Numbered from the stretch's first letter, positions 9,325 through 18,917 are shown. The stretch is 64,000 nt of DNA from Candidatus Hadarchaeota archaeon (GCA_964621445.1 CAZUNO010000016.1:8929-72928), one strand, 5' to 3'. The notes: a model not told the origin generated them from the sequence alone. A program made the numbers and translations.

Positions 9325-9455
9325 CCTCGATAGGCCAATTCCATGCCCCAAAATGGGGCCCATTATGTAATTCCCTTAAATTTTCTAAACCAAAACGGGT
9401 GCCATTTAAGAAAGCCGAGTCATTTTGAGTGTGTAGCCTGTTTGGGAGGTCCCCT

Positions 9456-11180
9456 ATGAAGAAGCGGCCCAAGACCGGAAGCTTAGAGCTGACCGTAGAT
9501 CAAGATAGGATATTTACTGAGCTTAGTGAGAGGCTTTACACTACCTATCTTGAGGCATTTAGGGAATTGATAATCCAAAATCCCTTCGATGCCGATGCTA
9601 ACAAGATAGAGGTCAACGTTCAACCTGACTGCATCGAGGTCGAGGATGACGGGACCGGGATGGACATCGAGCTGATAGAGGAGTTCCTGATAATAGGTTC
9701 CGATTCAAAGATGGAGTCCAGACATACGAAAAGCGGTCGGCCCTTCATCGGGGGCAAGGGCATTGGCAGGCTTTCATGGGCCCAGCTGGGGGACAAGGCA
9801 GTGATCTACACCCAATGCGGGGATGAAGCCCACTTCATAGAGATGTCGAGGGGAACCAGGTCTGTAAGCGTCCACGAGGTATCGCCTCTCTGGGATCACA
9901 GCGGCACCAAGTGGACCATAAGCGAGCTCCACAAGAGGATAAAGCCCAACGAGGTATACAATTACCTCTGTGAAACGGGCGGTCTACTGACCATATTTTT
10001 TGAGGATTTCGACGTCGAGGTTAATGGCAAGTCCCTCCAGGACCAACTGCCGGAGGGGAAGAGCTTCGACATAGAGCTGTCCACCAAGGACGGGAAGGAG
10101 ATCAAGGGGGTCGCCGTCCTCACCGGAAAGGTGGAGAGGATGAGCGTCTGCGTTAATTACGTGAAGGTCGTGGACAGGGTTTTCGGGGGTCTAGGCGGTT
10201 TCGTAAACGCCAACTTTCTGCGGGAGACGAGCGACAGGAACAGCATAGTTGAAAATGATGACTACAAGTGGTTCGTGAGACGGCTGAGGAGATATCTCAG
10301 GGATAAGATGGTGAGGTGGAGCCGGGACGAACAGCTGGTAAGGTCCTACCTGGAGACCTTCAAGCACCTGGCTCGATCTCTGAGATCAACTTCCATAGCC
10401 AAGAAGATGCCGGTGGAGGTCATCGGGGTGGGCGAGAAGAAAATTGGAGATCTCAAGGGTGAGATAGTGTTCACCAGTTCCCACGACGACAGGGCCGAGA
10501 TGGCGGTCCTGAATGGATACACTGTTGTTCTGGCCACCGACGAGTACATACCCAGGCTGGTCAAGCAGGTCCATTCCGAGGCCAAATCGATCGAGGATGT
10601 CGACGTTGGAGGAAGGGCGGAGTCCTCGGCCTCCTCGGAAAGAACCAGAAGGCTCCTCAGCTCCGCTGGGATGCTGGTGAGGCAGGCTTTCGATGTAATC
10701 GAACCAGAAAGGGTCTATGAACAGACCGGCGTGTCGATAAACGTGCCCAGTGTAGATATCAACTCGGTTAGGGCCAGAAAGGCGAGGGAGCCAAAGGAGA
10801 CCGACGATAACGATGGCAAGGAGTTAGCCGATGGTAACAAGAGCGCCGGGGCCAGAAACCGGACCAGGCTGGCTACCAACACCATAACCGCCCGGGGAAT
10901 CAAGATCTCCTTCGTCGAGTATAGTAATAAGGCAGAGCCCTCCTTCTCTGCCCCCTCGGAGATATACCTCAATACCAATAACGAGTTCGTGGACAAGGTG
11001 CTGGACGCACCGGATGAACTGATGCCTCTATTCCTGGTGGACCCGGTTGCACACGAGCTGGCCCACATAATGCTGGATACGCGGGTTCACGACGAGGACT
11101 TCGTAAAGCTGAATGACTACCTGAGATATAACCTGTTTATGGGTCACCTGTCCGAACTCAAGCCCGGCCGCAAGAATTAA
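9456..11180 (+). CDS. MORC/Hsp90-like GHKL ATPase with C-terminal HExxH metallopeptidase-like motif
   Basis: RELIIQNPFDA (motif I), DDGTGM (II), IGGKGIG (III), GT (IV); S5-like region ..ETSDRNSI; C-terminal HELAH..HDEDF. GGGAGGT SD before ATG 9456. Confidence 0.85.
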   Translation: MKKRPKTGSLELTVDQDRIFTELSERLYTTYLEAFRELIIQNPFDADANKIEVNVQPDCIEVEDDGTGMDIELIEEFLIIGSDSKMESRHTKSGRPFIGGKGIGRLSWAQLGDKAVIYTQCGDEAHFIEMSRGTRSVSVHEVSPLWDHSGTKWTISELHKRIKPNEVYNYLCETGGLLTIFFEDFDVEVNGKSLQDQLPEGKSFDIELSTKDGKEIKGVAVLTGKVERMSVCVNYVKVVDRVFGGLGGFVNANFLRETSDRNSIVENDDYKWFVRRLRRYLRDKMVRWSRDEQLVRSYLETFKHLARSLRSTSIAKKMPVEVIGVGEKKIGDLKGEIVFTSSHDDRAEMAVLNGYTVVLATDEYIPRLVKQVHSEAKSIEDVDVGGRAESSASSERTRRLLSSAGMLVRQAFDVIEPERVYEQTGVSINVPSVDINSVRARKAREPKETDDNDGKELADGNKSAGARNRTRLATNTITARGIKISFVEYSNKAEPSFSAPSEIYLNTNNEFVDKVLDAPDELMPLFLVDPVAHELAHIMLDTRVHDEDFVKLNDYLRYNLFMGHLSELKPGRKN

Positions 11181-11229
11181 CGGTGCCACCAAACCATTAT
11201 ATCCGCGGTGGCTTGAATTAAACAGTAAA

Positions 11230-12132
11230 TTGATAGGACTTCTAGGCACAAATCCAGAGAGCTGGCGCCTCGGGGAGATGGAGCGAGCCCTTGACGGGAG
11301 AGGCATGGATCATGTCCCTCTGTTTCCCTGGCTATTCAACACCACCATGAGCGAGGGCTCCGTTACCTGCAGATATGATGCCCGTGAGGTGACCGGGGAG
11401 TACGCGGAGTCATGGCTTGACCTGATCTATGTCATGTCCATCGGTTTCAGGGACCTACCCGAAGCTCTGTACAAGCTCCGCATCCTAAGACATCTCTCCA
11501 GGTCCGGTATCAGGATCGTGAACTCGGTGGATACCATTCAGGGCTGCAGAAACAAGGTCCACCAGACAATGGTCCTGGCCCATGAGGGATTCCCGGTTCC
11601 CCAAACCCTGCTTACAGAGAGCGTTCACCTGGCGGTTGATTTCATTATGAAAAACCAGCCCTGCATTCTGAAGCCGACAACCGGTCTCCAGGGCAGGGGC
11701 CTGTTGATGGTCCCCGAGGGAATGGACATTGGAGAGGTGATCGACTACGTTTCCTGGTTCCAGGCCAGATATGGAAGGGACGTTATCTGCGTTCAGGAGT
11801 ACGTTGAGCACCAGAACTACGACATCAGGGTTCTGGTGGTCGGGGGGGAGGTAGTCTCCAAGATGAAGAGGTTTAACCAGGATAGCTGGAAGACCAATAT
11901 CGCCGCCGGTGCCAAGCCCATGCCCTGCACGGAGGACGTCGATGAGTTGGCGCTTTCCGCAGCCGAGGCCGTGGGCGGTGAGATAGTAGGCGTTGACGTA
12001 CTCCCCTCCTCGGAGGGAAAGCGCTATCTGCTCGAGGTCAACGCGTTTCCGGGCTGGACCGGGCTGCAGGAGATTACCGACTTCAGCATAGCCGGCTCCG
12101 TTGCCGAATACCTGGGCTCCCTGGAGGGTTAA
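11230..12132 (+). CDS. RimK-family ATP-grasp alpha-L-glutamate ligase (MptN/CofF/RimK-like)
   Basis: CRNK, P.ILKP..G.QGRG, QEYV...DIRVLVVGG, WKTNIA.G, GVD, LEVN..PGW. Confidence 0.9.
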   Translation: MIGLLGTNPESWRLGEMERALDGRGMDHVPLFPWLFNTTMSEGSVTCRYDAREVTGEYAESWLDLIYVMSIGFRDLPEALYKLRILRHLSRSGIRIVNSVDTIQGCRNKVHQTMVLAHEGFPVPQTLLTESVHLAVDFIMKNQPCILKPTTGLQGRGLLMVPEGMDIGEVIDYVSWFQARYGRDVICVQEYVEHQNYDIRVLVVGGEVVSKMKRFNQDSWKTNIAAGAKPMPCTEDVDELALSAAEAVGGEIVGVDVLPSSEGKRYLLEVNAFPGWTGLQEITDFSIAGSVAEYLGSLEG

Positions 12133-12153
12133 GTATGACCACTGTTGGGGCCA

Positions 12154-13560
12154 CTATCCTATGTCCTGCTTGTTCCTGGGCACCATTTCCAGTTTTCCCC
12201 GGTAGGACTTGACCAGCCCTATGACCTCCACCTCGGTTCCCACCGAAAGGTTGCTATGGGGTTGGAAGGTCAGGTAGATCCTCATCTTCCCCTCTTCGCC
12301 CTTCAGGGTAATCGAACAGGACCGGGAGTATCGCTTAATGGAGGAGATCCGACCCCGGGTTCGCACCAGGGTGAAAAGATCATCCTCGGAAATATCCTCC
12401 AGCTCCCTGTCCGAAATGGGGGCGTTTTCAACCTTTACCTGTGAAATATTTCGCGGCACCACCTGCAGTTTATCCTTGTACTCTCCAACCCTTCCCGAAA
12501 TGGTCACTACATCGCCGAGCTGGACGTCGAGCTGGTTCCCTGAACCAAAGATCGGAACGTCCAATTGGGTACCGTTGTAAATGGTCAGGAACATATTCTT
12601 GCCGGATACGAACCGGCTGACCACCGTTCCCCTTATCCTCACGTTCTGGCCCACCATCTCTTCGTTGAGCTTTTCGAAGGGCATGGTGTTGGCCCGATCG
12701 AGACTTACATCCAATGCATTCATTTCATCACCTTTCCTAGTTAGAAGTACCTCAACCAGATCCCCCTGAACCATTCCCTCGTTGACCAGCCCCTCCGGAA
12801 GTTCCAGATAGCCAGTTCGGTCATCGAGCTTTGGTTCAGAGGAGTCGAGTATCAGCCTTCCCCGACAGAGGTAAACTCCGTCCTCCTTGCGGATAGCGGA
12901 TATCTTAACTGGATCAAGCCTGGGGGATGTTGCCAGTATCTGGCTTACACGGAGGTAGATTCCCTGGTCGTCTCTCTTTATGGTACCCGCCAGGGTAAGC
13001 TCCCTACCAGCCTCTTCGACGTAGTCCTTGGAACCATGAACTCTTAGGGTAGAATTTTCATCCACAAGATGGAAGGTCTGCCCTCTGACCTGGAATGAGA
13101 TTCCCTGAGTCTTCACGGTTTGGCCAATTCTACACTTGGCCTCGGCTATTGACAAGGGCGGGGTGGGGACCAATACAACGTCCCTCTCAGTCCTGGGCAC
13201 CACCTGGTCGCTATCACGGTACTCCTCCACGGTTCCAATGACCTTTACCCTGTCCCCCACGGATAGGGCCGGGGTCTTTTCCGCTATATTGCTGAAAAGG
13301 GGGACCTCGCATTTGCCGGACTCGTCCTTAAGCTGCAGGAAAAGATGTCCGGCCTCGTGCCTTCTGATGTGGGAAATGGTTCCCACTATCTGCACGATTC
13401 TGCCCTGGTACCTTTCAAGTAGATTAACGCTGATCGGTTTAGGTTCGACCAGTAGGGAAAGACCATAGATGATGGCAATTCCGGCCAGGCTGCTGATTAG
13501 GCTGATCCTGATCAGATTCCGATTATCCACGACCCATAGTTGGGCGAAAACTTGATTCAA
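12154..13560 (-). CDS. membrane-anchored multi-OB-fold nucleic-acid-binding protein
   Basis: N-terminal TM followed by repeated V...G.(I/V)...(L/I).D..G..... GD.V...G.V.EY...Q(V)VPR units. Start may be GTG near 13533. Confidence 0.8.
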   Translation of the reverse strand: MNQVFAQLWVVDNRNLIRISLISSLAGIAIIYGLSLLVEPKPISVNLLERYQGRIVQIVGTISHIRRHEAGHLFLQLKDESGKCEVPLFSNIAEKTPALSVGDRVKVIGTVEEYRDSDQVVPRTERDVVLVPTPPLSIAEAKCRIGQTVKTQGISFQVRGQTFHLVDENSTLRVHGSKDYVEEAGRELTLAGTIKRDDQGIYLRVSQILATSPRLDPVKISAIRKEDGVYLCRGRLILDSSEPKLDDRTGYLELPEGLVNEGMVQGDLVEVLLTRKGDEMNALDVSLDRANTMPFEKLNEEMVGQNVRIRGTVVSRFVSGKNMFLTIYNGTQLDVPIFGSGNQLDVQLGDVVTISGRVGEYKDKLQVVPRNISQVKVENAPISDRELEDISEDDLFTLVRTRGRISSIKRYSRSCSITLKGEEGKMRIYLTFQPHSNLSVGTEVEVIGLVKSYRGKLEMVPRNKQDIG

Positions 13561-13622
13561 TACGACGGCTGCAGGGTCGAAAACACTCTAAAAGGAAGTT
13601 CCCACCGGGGAAATCCCTGTTC

Positions 13623-15428
13623 CTATAGGTACCCTGACATATGGCCCAGCCCGTATTGATCCAGGGTTTCCCCTGTAACCTGTCCCCTGTCGTTGAGTCC
13701 CAGTTTACCATACACCAGTTCCTTGGTGTCGGCTAGTAGTTCCCTGGTGGTCGTCCTTCTGAAAGCCCTTTCGGGAAGGATATCGTCCCGGGAGTCAAAT
13801 CCGTTCTTGTTATCAATCATCCTGGAAAGGATATAGGTCTGGTAGGAACTCTTTTCGATCTCGTCCTCGTCGGTCTTGGTGTTGATCAGATTCCTCATCA
13901 GTTTAGGAAGTTCAGGTATCAGTACCTTGCGGGTGAAGTAGCAGGCTCCATTCATCTGGCAAATCATGCTGGTTGGTATGGCTTCCACTATCTGCTGGGA
14001 CCACCACTCGGAGCTGGCGACATCGTCCGGATTCTTCAGGCCTACGGTGTAGGTGCCAAGGGACGTGTGGCAGGCCCCTCTCATAGCGAAGGCATATCCA
14101 AGGTTGCTCCAGAAGGGGTAACCTGCCCCCTCCAGGCCCTTGACCTGCATGGCTATGTCCTGGTCGCCCAGTTCCTCGCTTGCCTTCTTCACACCCTCGG
14201 AAAGCAGTTGGCCCTCGTCCTCTCTATTGGCTATCTTTTCAACTAGCTCAATAAGGGCCTTCTTGTCACCAAAGGTGGGGCCCTTGCCCTTCCTTTCGTT
14301 GTGTTCGAAGTACCAACCTATTACCCCGCCCGTAGACATGGCGTCTATGCCCTGGACATCGCAAATCTGTATGGCCCTGGAGATGGCGTATGGGTCATAT
14401 ATTCCGCAGTTGGGTCCCAGGAGGTCAACGTTCTCGTAATCCATCTTCCACAGGGTTTTCCCTTCCGGGTCCTTGGGGATCTTCCAGCACATTATGGGGC
14501 ATGCGCACCCCTTCCTGGATATCGACCAGTCGTTCTTCCTGAGGTACTCGGGGTCCAGCTTGTATGCATCTTCGGGGTCCAGGTTCCGGAAGTTCTCGGC
14601 CGGTAGGGCCCCCAGGGGTACCAGGAATGCCCAGTTGCCTCCCCAGGTCCCGTGTTGCTTATATTTCTGGGTTCCTGTTCCCGAGGCTAGTTCGCGGTTG
14701 ATGGTCTTTATCCACTGGTCGAATTCCTCGTCCGGTGACAGGGGTTCTGGAGTGTGATGCTTGCCTCCCTTGAATCCGATGGCTTTCACGTTCATTCCGG
14801 CAAGCACCCTGCCTGGCCCACCTCTGGCGGCCGCTCGCACGTGGTCATTGGGCATGTAGCTGACGTGAACGCTGGCGAACCTCACCCCACGGAAGGCGGC
14901 GGGGCCAGCCGTGATGCTCCCCTTATATCCGTCCTGGTAAAGGAGGTCCACGGTCTCCATGGTGGTTACCTCCGGGTCGAGACTCCTTAGGGATACCTTC
15001 CTCTCCTTCTCGGATGAGTCTATCATTACTCCCACCGGGTCATGGGCCTTTCCCTCCAGTATCACCCCATCGATTCCACATGACTTGATGTGGGGCCCGC
15101 AGAGTCCACCCCCGGCCGCGTAGGCGATTCCGTATTTCCCGTTCTTCTCTTTCATGGGTGAATAGAAAGATACGTAGGTCCTGGTGCACCCGCTGGGAAC
15201 CCCGTTCTTGGGAAGTCCGGTCAGGAAACCGGTGTTGACGATAAATTTCTTGTAGGGATCGGTGCAGGGACTGTCCGAGAGGAATTCCTGGAAGGAGAAA
15301 CCGATGCCTCCTATCCTTCTCCTCAGGCTTACCCCCCCGTATTTTTCACGGTCCTCCTCCATCCAGTCGAGGAATTCATATGTCTCCTTATCCAGGTCAT
15401 ATTTCAGTACCTGACCACTTACAGTCAA
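13623..15428 (-). CDS. tungsten-dependent aldehyde:ferredoxin oxidoreductase family protein (divergent)
   Basis: IGGIG, SPM, GIDGVILEGKA, AARGG.G, VKAI, CACPIMC, D..G.DAMS.G, QVKGLE, RGACH, DDILPER. Confidence 0.88.
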   Translation of the reverse strand: MTVSGQVLKYDLDKETYEFLDWMEEDREKYGGVSLRRRIGGIGFSFQEFLSDSPCTDPYKKFIVNTGFLTGLPKNGVPSGCTRTYVSFYSPMKEKNGKYGIAYAAGGGLCGPHIKSCGIDGVILEGKAHDPVGVMIDSSEKERKVSLRSLDPEVTTMETVDLLYQDGYKGSITAGPAAFRGVRFASVHVSYMPNDHVRAAARGGPGRVLAGMNVKAIGFKGGKHHTPEPLSPDEEFDQWIKTINRELASGTGTQKYKQHGTWGGNWAFLVPLGALPAENFRNLDPEDAYKLDPEYLRKNDWSISRKGCACPIMCWKIPKDPEGKTLWKMDYENVDLLGPNCGIYDPYAISRAIQICDVQGIDAMSTGGVIGWYFEHNERKGKGPTFGDKKALIELVEKIANREDEGQLLSEGVKKASEELGDQDIAMQVKGLEGAGYPFWSNLGYAFAMRGACHTSLGTYTVGLKNPDDVASSEWWSQQIVEAIPTSMICQMNGACYFTRKVLIPELPKLMRNLINTKTDEDEIEKSSYQTYILSRMIDNKNGFDSRDDILPERAFRRTTTRELLADTKELVYGKLGLNDRGQVTGETLDQYGLGHMSGYL

Positions 15429-15433
15429 TTTTT

Positions 15434-15697
15434 TCAGCCTCCTCCTATCGGTGAAAGTAATTTAACGATGTCGTTATTGCCGATTTCCGCTTCCTTTTTC
15501 TGGGGTTTTGTCCATACTCCGTCGTTTACAACTACGGTTAGGGATTCTATGGCGTCCTTTTCATACAAGTATTTTGCCATCTTGGGTCCGTAACGTCTTG
15601 CGAGTTCATCCAACATATCCGGTATATTCGAGGCATCCGTGACATATTCCTTTTTTCCCGCTATCGACCTGAGTATGCCGTAGAGCTCAACGATCAA
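15434..15697 (-). CDS. MoaD/ThiS/SAMP ubiquitin-like sulfur carrier
   Basis: 87 aa, beta-grasp pattern, C-terminal PIGGG; 5 nt upstream of AOR. Confidence 0.9.
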   Translation of the reverse strand: MIVELYGILRSIAGKKEYVTDASNIPDMLDELARRYGPKMAKYLYEKDAIESLTVVVNDGVWTKPQKKEAEIGNNDIVKLLSPIGGG

Positions 15698-15796
15698 ACC
15701 AATCGTGACCGCGATTCCCGGGTATAATGAAAATGTAACATATATCTCCCCTATTTTCCGGGGAGTGGAACGTCAAGATGGGTTCTCTCCCGGTAT

Positions 15797-16300
15797 TTAT
15801 AGACCCTTTGGTCCATGGGATGGGTACTTTCGACCGGGCAGATACCGGATTATCAGGACCATGGCCGCCACGATGGAGATGAAGATCAGGGGCAGTATGC
15901 TGTCAGACCATATTACTCCCCAGGAAAACTGCTGGAAACTCAGGGGGAAGAGCAGGACCTGACCCCCTCCGTAGGGATGGAGGAGCGAATCCCAAACCAG
16001 GTGGATTACTACCCCAGCCGAGAGAAAACCAAATACGGTGTTCCTCTTGTTCTTTGGGAAGAAACGGGAAGCTAGGAGGGCAACGAGTAAGGCGCCAACC
16101 GGGGTGGCCAGGGGTAGTGAAAACGCGACCAGATCCACACCGGCATAGGTTTTCAGAAGATAAAAGGGCTTTACAAGGTCCGGAAGCACGCTCCCCACGG
16201 CGGCCGCCCCCAGGTGGGTCTCCGCATCCCTTCTACCCAGAAGGAAGGTAATCTCGCAGAAAACCACTGACGATAGCACATAGGTCAGCCAATCAGGCAT
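15797..16300 (-). CDS. membrane-bound metal-dependent hydrolase (YdjM-like)
   Basis: MPDWLT, GSVLPD, HLVWD, LLFP; hydrophobic; start overlaps the upstream gene stop. Confidence 0.75.
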   Translation of the reverse strand: MPDWLTYVLSSVVFCEITFLLGRRDAETHLGAAAVGSVLPDLVKPFYLLKTYAGVDLVAFSLPLATPVGALLVALLASRFFPKNKRNTVFGFLSAGVVIHLVWDSLLHPYGGGQVLLFPLSFQQFSWGVIWSDSILPLIFISIVAAMVLIIRYLPGRKYPSHGPKGL

Positions 16301-16757
16301 TCCTACGCCTCCATTCCATGCTGCTAAGGTCGGGTTTCCATTCCCTGAGGAAAAGGACCAGGATGGCCCCCAGGCCAACGAAGGACAGTGCATAAAGCCT
16401 CCTAGTGTCCCGGTATACATGGATCTTGTTTACATCCAGGTAGGCCCGTTCCGAATACAGTGTCCCGTACACGATCACGTACTGGCCTTCCATGAGCTCC
16501 TTACCCCCGCCATAGACCGCGGTGATTTCATCCCCCATGGTAAGCAGGGTGAATGTGCCGTTTTTGGGGTTTAGATCCCTTATGGTCCCCTCGGACCGGA
16601 AGCTGACGTTCTCGTAGCGCACGGGGTCCTTCTTGATTTCATCGACCGATGAGTGGCGTTTCCCGTATTCGTAATGTGAGTAGAGGCAGAGCGAGAGGAT
16701 GATGAGGATAAGAACCGCCTTCAACGGTATGCGGGCCATATCTAGCATGGAATTCAC
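16293..16757 (-). CDS. two-TM protein with a central OB-fold (CcmE-like) domain
   Basis: TM, then SVDEIKKDP..YE...G.I...F.L...GQYVIVYG, then TM. Confidence 0.65.
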   Translation of the reverse strand: MNSMLDMARIPLKAVLILIILSLCLYSHYEYGKRHSSVDEIKKDPVRYENVSFRSEGTIRDLNPKNGTFTLLTMGDEITAVYGGGKELMEGQYVIVYGTLYSERAYLDVNKIHVYRDTRRLYALSFVGLGAILVLFLREWKPDLSSMEWRRRNA

Positions 16758-16794
16758 ATCTCACTGAGCCGTTTAATCAAGTATTACCAGCTTA

Positions 16795-17814
16795 TTAGCA
16801 TATCCTGGGCGCTGGATCCGCTACCGGGGGCTCCATTAGCCTTCGGCCACCGATGGTGGTCTCCACCACCACCTCGCCTGGGTGTTCCCGGGTCACGGTA
16901 CCGATAGTACGGGCCTCTGCACCGTGCTCGGTCGATTTCACTGAGGCCAGGACCTCCTCCGCAATGTCCTGTCTAACCCCCATTACCACCTTTCCCTCGT
17001 TGGTGATGGAATATGGATCCACTCCCAGCATATCGGCGGCTTTCCGAATATCGTCCTTGACCGGTATACTGTCCTCCTCTATCTCCATTCCCACCCCGGA
17101 CTTGGTTGCCATCTCATTGAGAGCATTTGCCAGTCCACCCCGGGTGGGGTCCTTCATGGCGTGAATCCCTCCAACTCCCATCCCTGCTTCCACCACATCC
17201 CACACCGGTCCCACGTCCGACCCCGTTGAGAGCTGGAAATCGAATCCCTCCCTTACAGATAGTATGGATATCCCGTGGTCTCCCACCGAACCGGAGACCA
17301 GTACAGCGTCCCCCGGTTTCAGGCCGCTATCCCGGACCACTGACCCCTTGTCCGTGATCCCGATCCCCGCGGTGGCAATGATTAGCCCGTCGATATCGCC
17401 CCTCTCGATCACCTTGGTGTCCCCGGTAATGAGATCCGCCCCCACCTCCTCCAGAACCGCGTTCATGGAGGATATTATCCGGTTAAGATCTCCTCTCGAG
17501 AAGCCCTCCTCCATGACCAGGGCACAGGACAATGCAAGGGGTTTTGCCCCCATTACCGAAATGTCGTTGATGGTTCCCGAAGCGGCCAGGCTGCCTATAT
17601 TGCCTCCCGGGAAAAAGATGGGTTTAACGGTATGCGAATCGGTGGTGAGCACTATCTCCAGGTTTTTCCAGGTCACAGAGCCGGAGTCATCGAGGTCCTT
17701 CAGGGTGACCCCATCCCTTCCGCATCGGGTAATGTTGCCCAGGATGCTCTGGGTTATCAGCTCCATCATGGCCGCTCCCCCGGAGCCCTCCTCGATTCCT
17801 ATGGCGTCCTTCAT
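16795..17814 (-). CDS. hypE: hydrogenase maturation carbamoyl dehydratase HypE
   Basis: TTDSHTVKPIFFPGG.IG, GTINDI, GDTKV, DPTRGG, C-terminal PRIC. Confidence 0.96.
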   Translation of the reverse strand: MKDAIGIEEGSGGAAMMELITQSILGNITRCGRDGVTLKDLDDSGSVTWKNLEIVLTTDSHTVKPIFFPGGNIGSLAASGTINDISVMGAKPLALSCALVMEEGFSRGDLNRIISSMNAVLEEVGADLITGDTKVIERGDIDGLIIATAGIGITDKGSVVRDSGLKPGDAVLVSGSVGDHGISILSVREGFDFQLSTGSDVGPVWDVVEAGMGVGGIHAMKDPTRGGLANALNEMATKSGVGMEIEEDSIPVKDDIRKAADMLGVDPYSITNEGKVVMGVRQDIAEEVLASVKSTEHGAEARTIGTVTREHPGEVVVETTIGGRRLMEPPVADPAPRIC

Positions 17815-18914
17815 TTGGTGACTCGTGCCTCCTTCCTTTTCCGTCCATAGTCCAGCCATATCTTACATGTTCCCTCGCTGGATACCATGCAGGGGCCCAC
17901 GGGATTGTTGGGGACGCATCTGGTTCCGAAAAGGGGACAGTCCACGGGGTCGGCGGAGCCAAGCAGGACATCTGCGCAAAGGCAACCTGGAGGCATTTCA
18001 TTGCCCTTGCCTGGCTGGATTCCAAACCTCTCGTGGACATCCAGTTCTCGGTATTCATCCCTCAACCTAAGGCCGGATGAGGGAAGGTTCCCGATACCCC
18101 TCCACTCGCTGTCGCAGGGCTCGAAGACCTGATCCATGACACGCTGGGCCCTGGGGTTTCCCTTGTCGCGAACACATCTGGAGTACTCGTTGAATACCCG
18201 AGGGCTTCCCTCGTTTACCTGTTTCACCAGATCTATGAGGGCCAGCAGGATATCCAGGGGCTCGAAACCCGCGATTGCCGCGGGTATGCCATATTCCTGG
18301 GAAAGAACCCGGTAGGGTTCGGTTCCTATTATCGTGGATACGTGGCCGGGGCAGATCAATCCGTCGATTACTATCTCTCCACTATCGATGAGTGACTTGA
18401 GTGCGGGTGGTATTAGCCGGTGGGATATCATGAAGGAGAAGTTATCAGGTACCCCTGAAGCGATGGTTGCCGCGGTGAGGGGAGCCGTGGTCTCGAAACC
18501 TATGGAGAAAAAGGCAGCGGGCTTGGAGCTCCCGCGGGCCATGTTGATGGCGTCGGTGATGCTGTAGACCACCTTAACATCGCCCCCCTCCGACCTCGCG
18601 TCCCTGAGGGACATCTCACTGCCGGGGACGGCGAACATGTCCCCAAAGGTGTACACCCTGGCGTAGTCCTGGGAAATGGTTATCATGGTGTCTATCTCAG
18701 AGGTGCTGGTGACGCACACCGGACAGCCCGGCCCTGCAACTATGGAGATGCTGTCGGGTAGTAGCGAACGAATGCCGTAACGGGTGACCGTATTCTCGTG
18801 GGTTCCGCATACGTGAAGGAACCTGAGGCTACGGTCGGGGGTGATATCGGCGAGGATGCCGGTCGCCTTTTGCACCGCTTGCTTGCTCCGGAAGGATGAG
18901 AGGTCCATTCTCAT
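17811..18914 (-). CDS. hypD: hydrogenase maturation protein HypD
   Basis: CGTH, GPGCPVC, GFETT, PGHVS, C-terminal Cys cluster ending CMVSSEGTC. Confidence 0.96.
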   Translation of the reverse strand: MRMDLSSFRSKQAVQKATGILADITPDRSLRFLHVCGTHENTVTRYGIRSLLPDSISIVAGPGCPVCVTSTSEIDTMITISQDYARVYTFGDMFAVPGSEMSLRDARSEGGDVKVVYSITDAINMARGSSKPAAFFSIGFETTAPLTAATIASGVPDNFSFMISHRLIPPALKSLIDSGEIVIDGLICPGHVSTIIGTEPYRVLSQEYGIPAAIAGFEPLDILLALIDLVKQVNEGSPRVFNEYSRCVRDKGNPRAQRVMDQVFEPCDSEWRGIGNLPSSGLRLRDEYRELDVHERFGIQPGKGNEMPPGCLCADVLLGSADPVDCPLFGTRCVPNNPVGPCMVSSEGTCKIWLDYGRKRKEARVTK

Positions 18915-18917
18915 ACC

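Noticed and set aside
8530-9363. Long antisense ORFs (for example 8530-9363, 36808-37473, 48330-49127, 50980-51690)
   Set aside because: Shadows of well-supported genes on the opposite strand in GC-rich DNA; no motifs.
15701-15750. Possible ModE box upstream of moaD-AOR
   Set aside because: Only an imperfect AATCG..CGATT repeat and TATA-like tracts; does not fit a ModE consensus convincingly.
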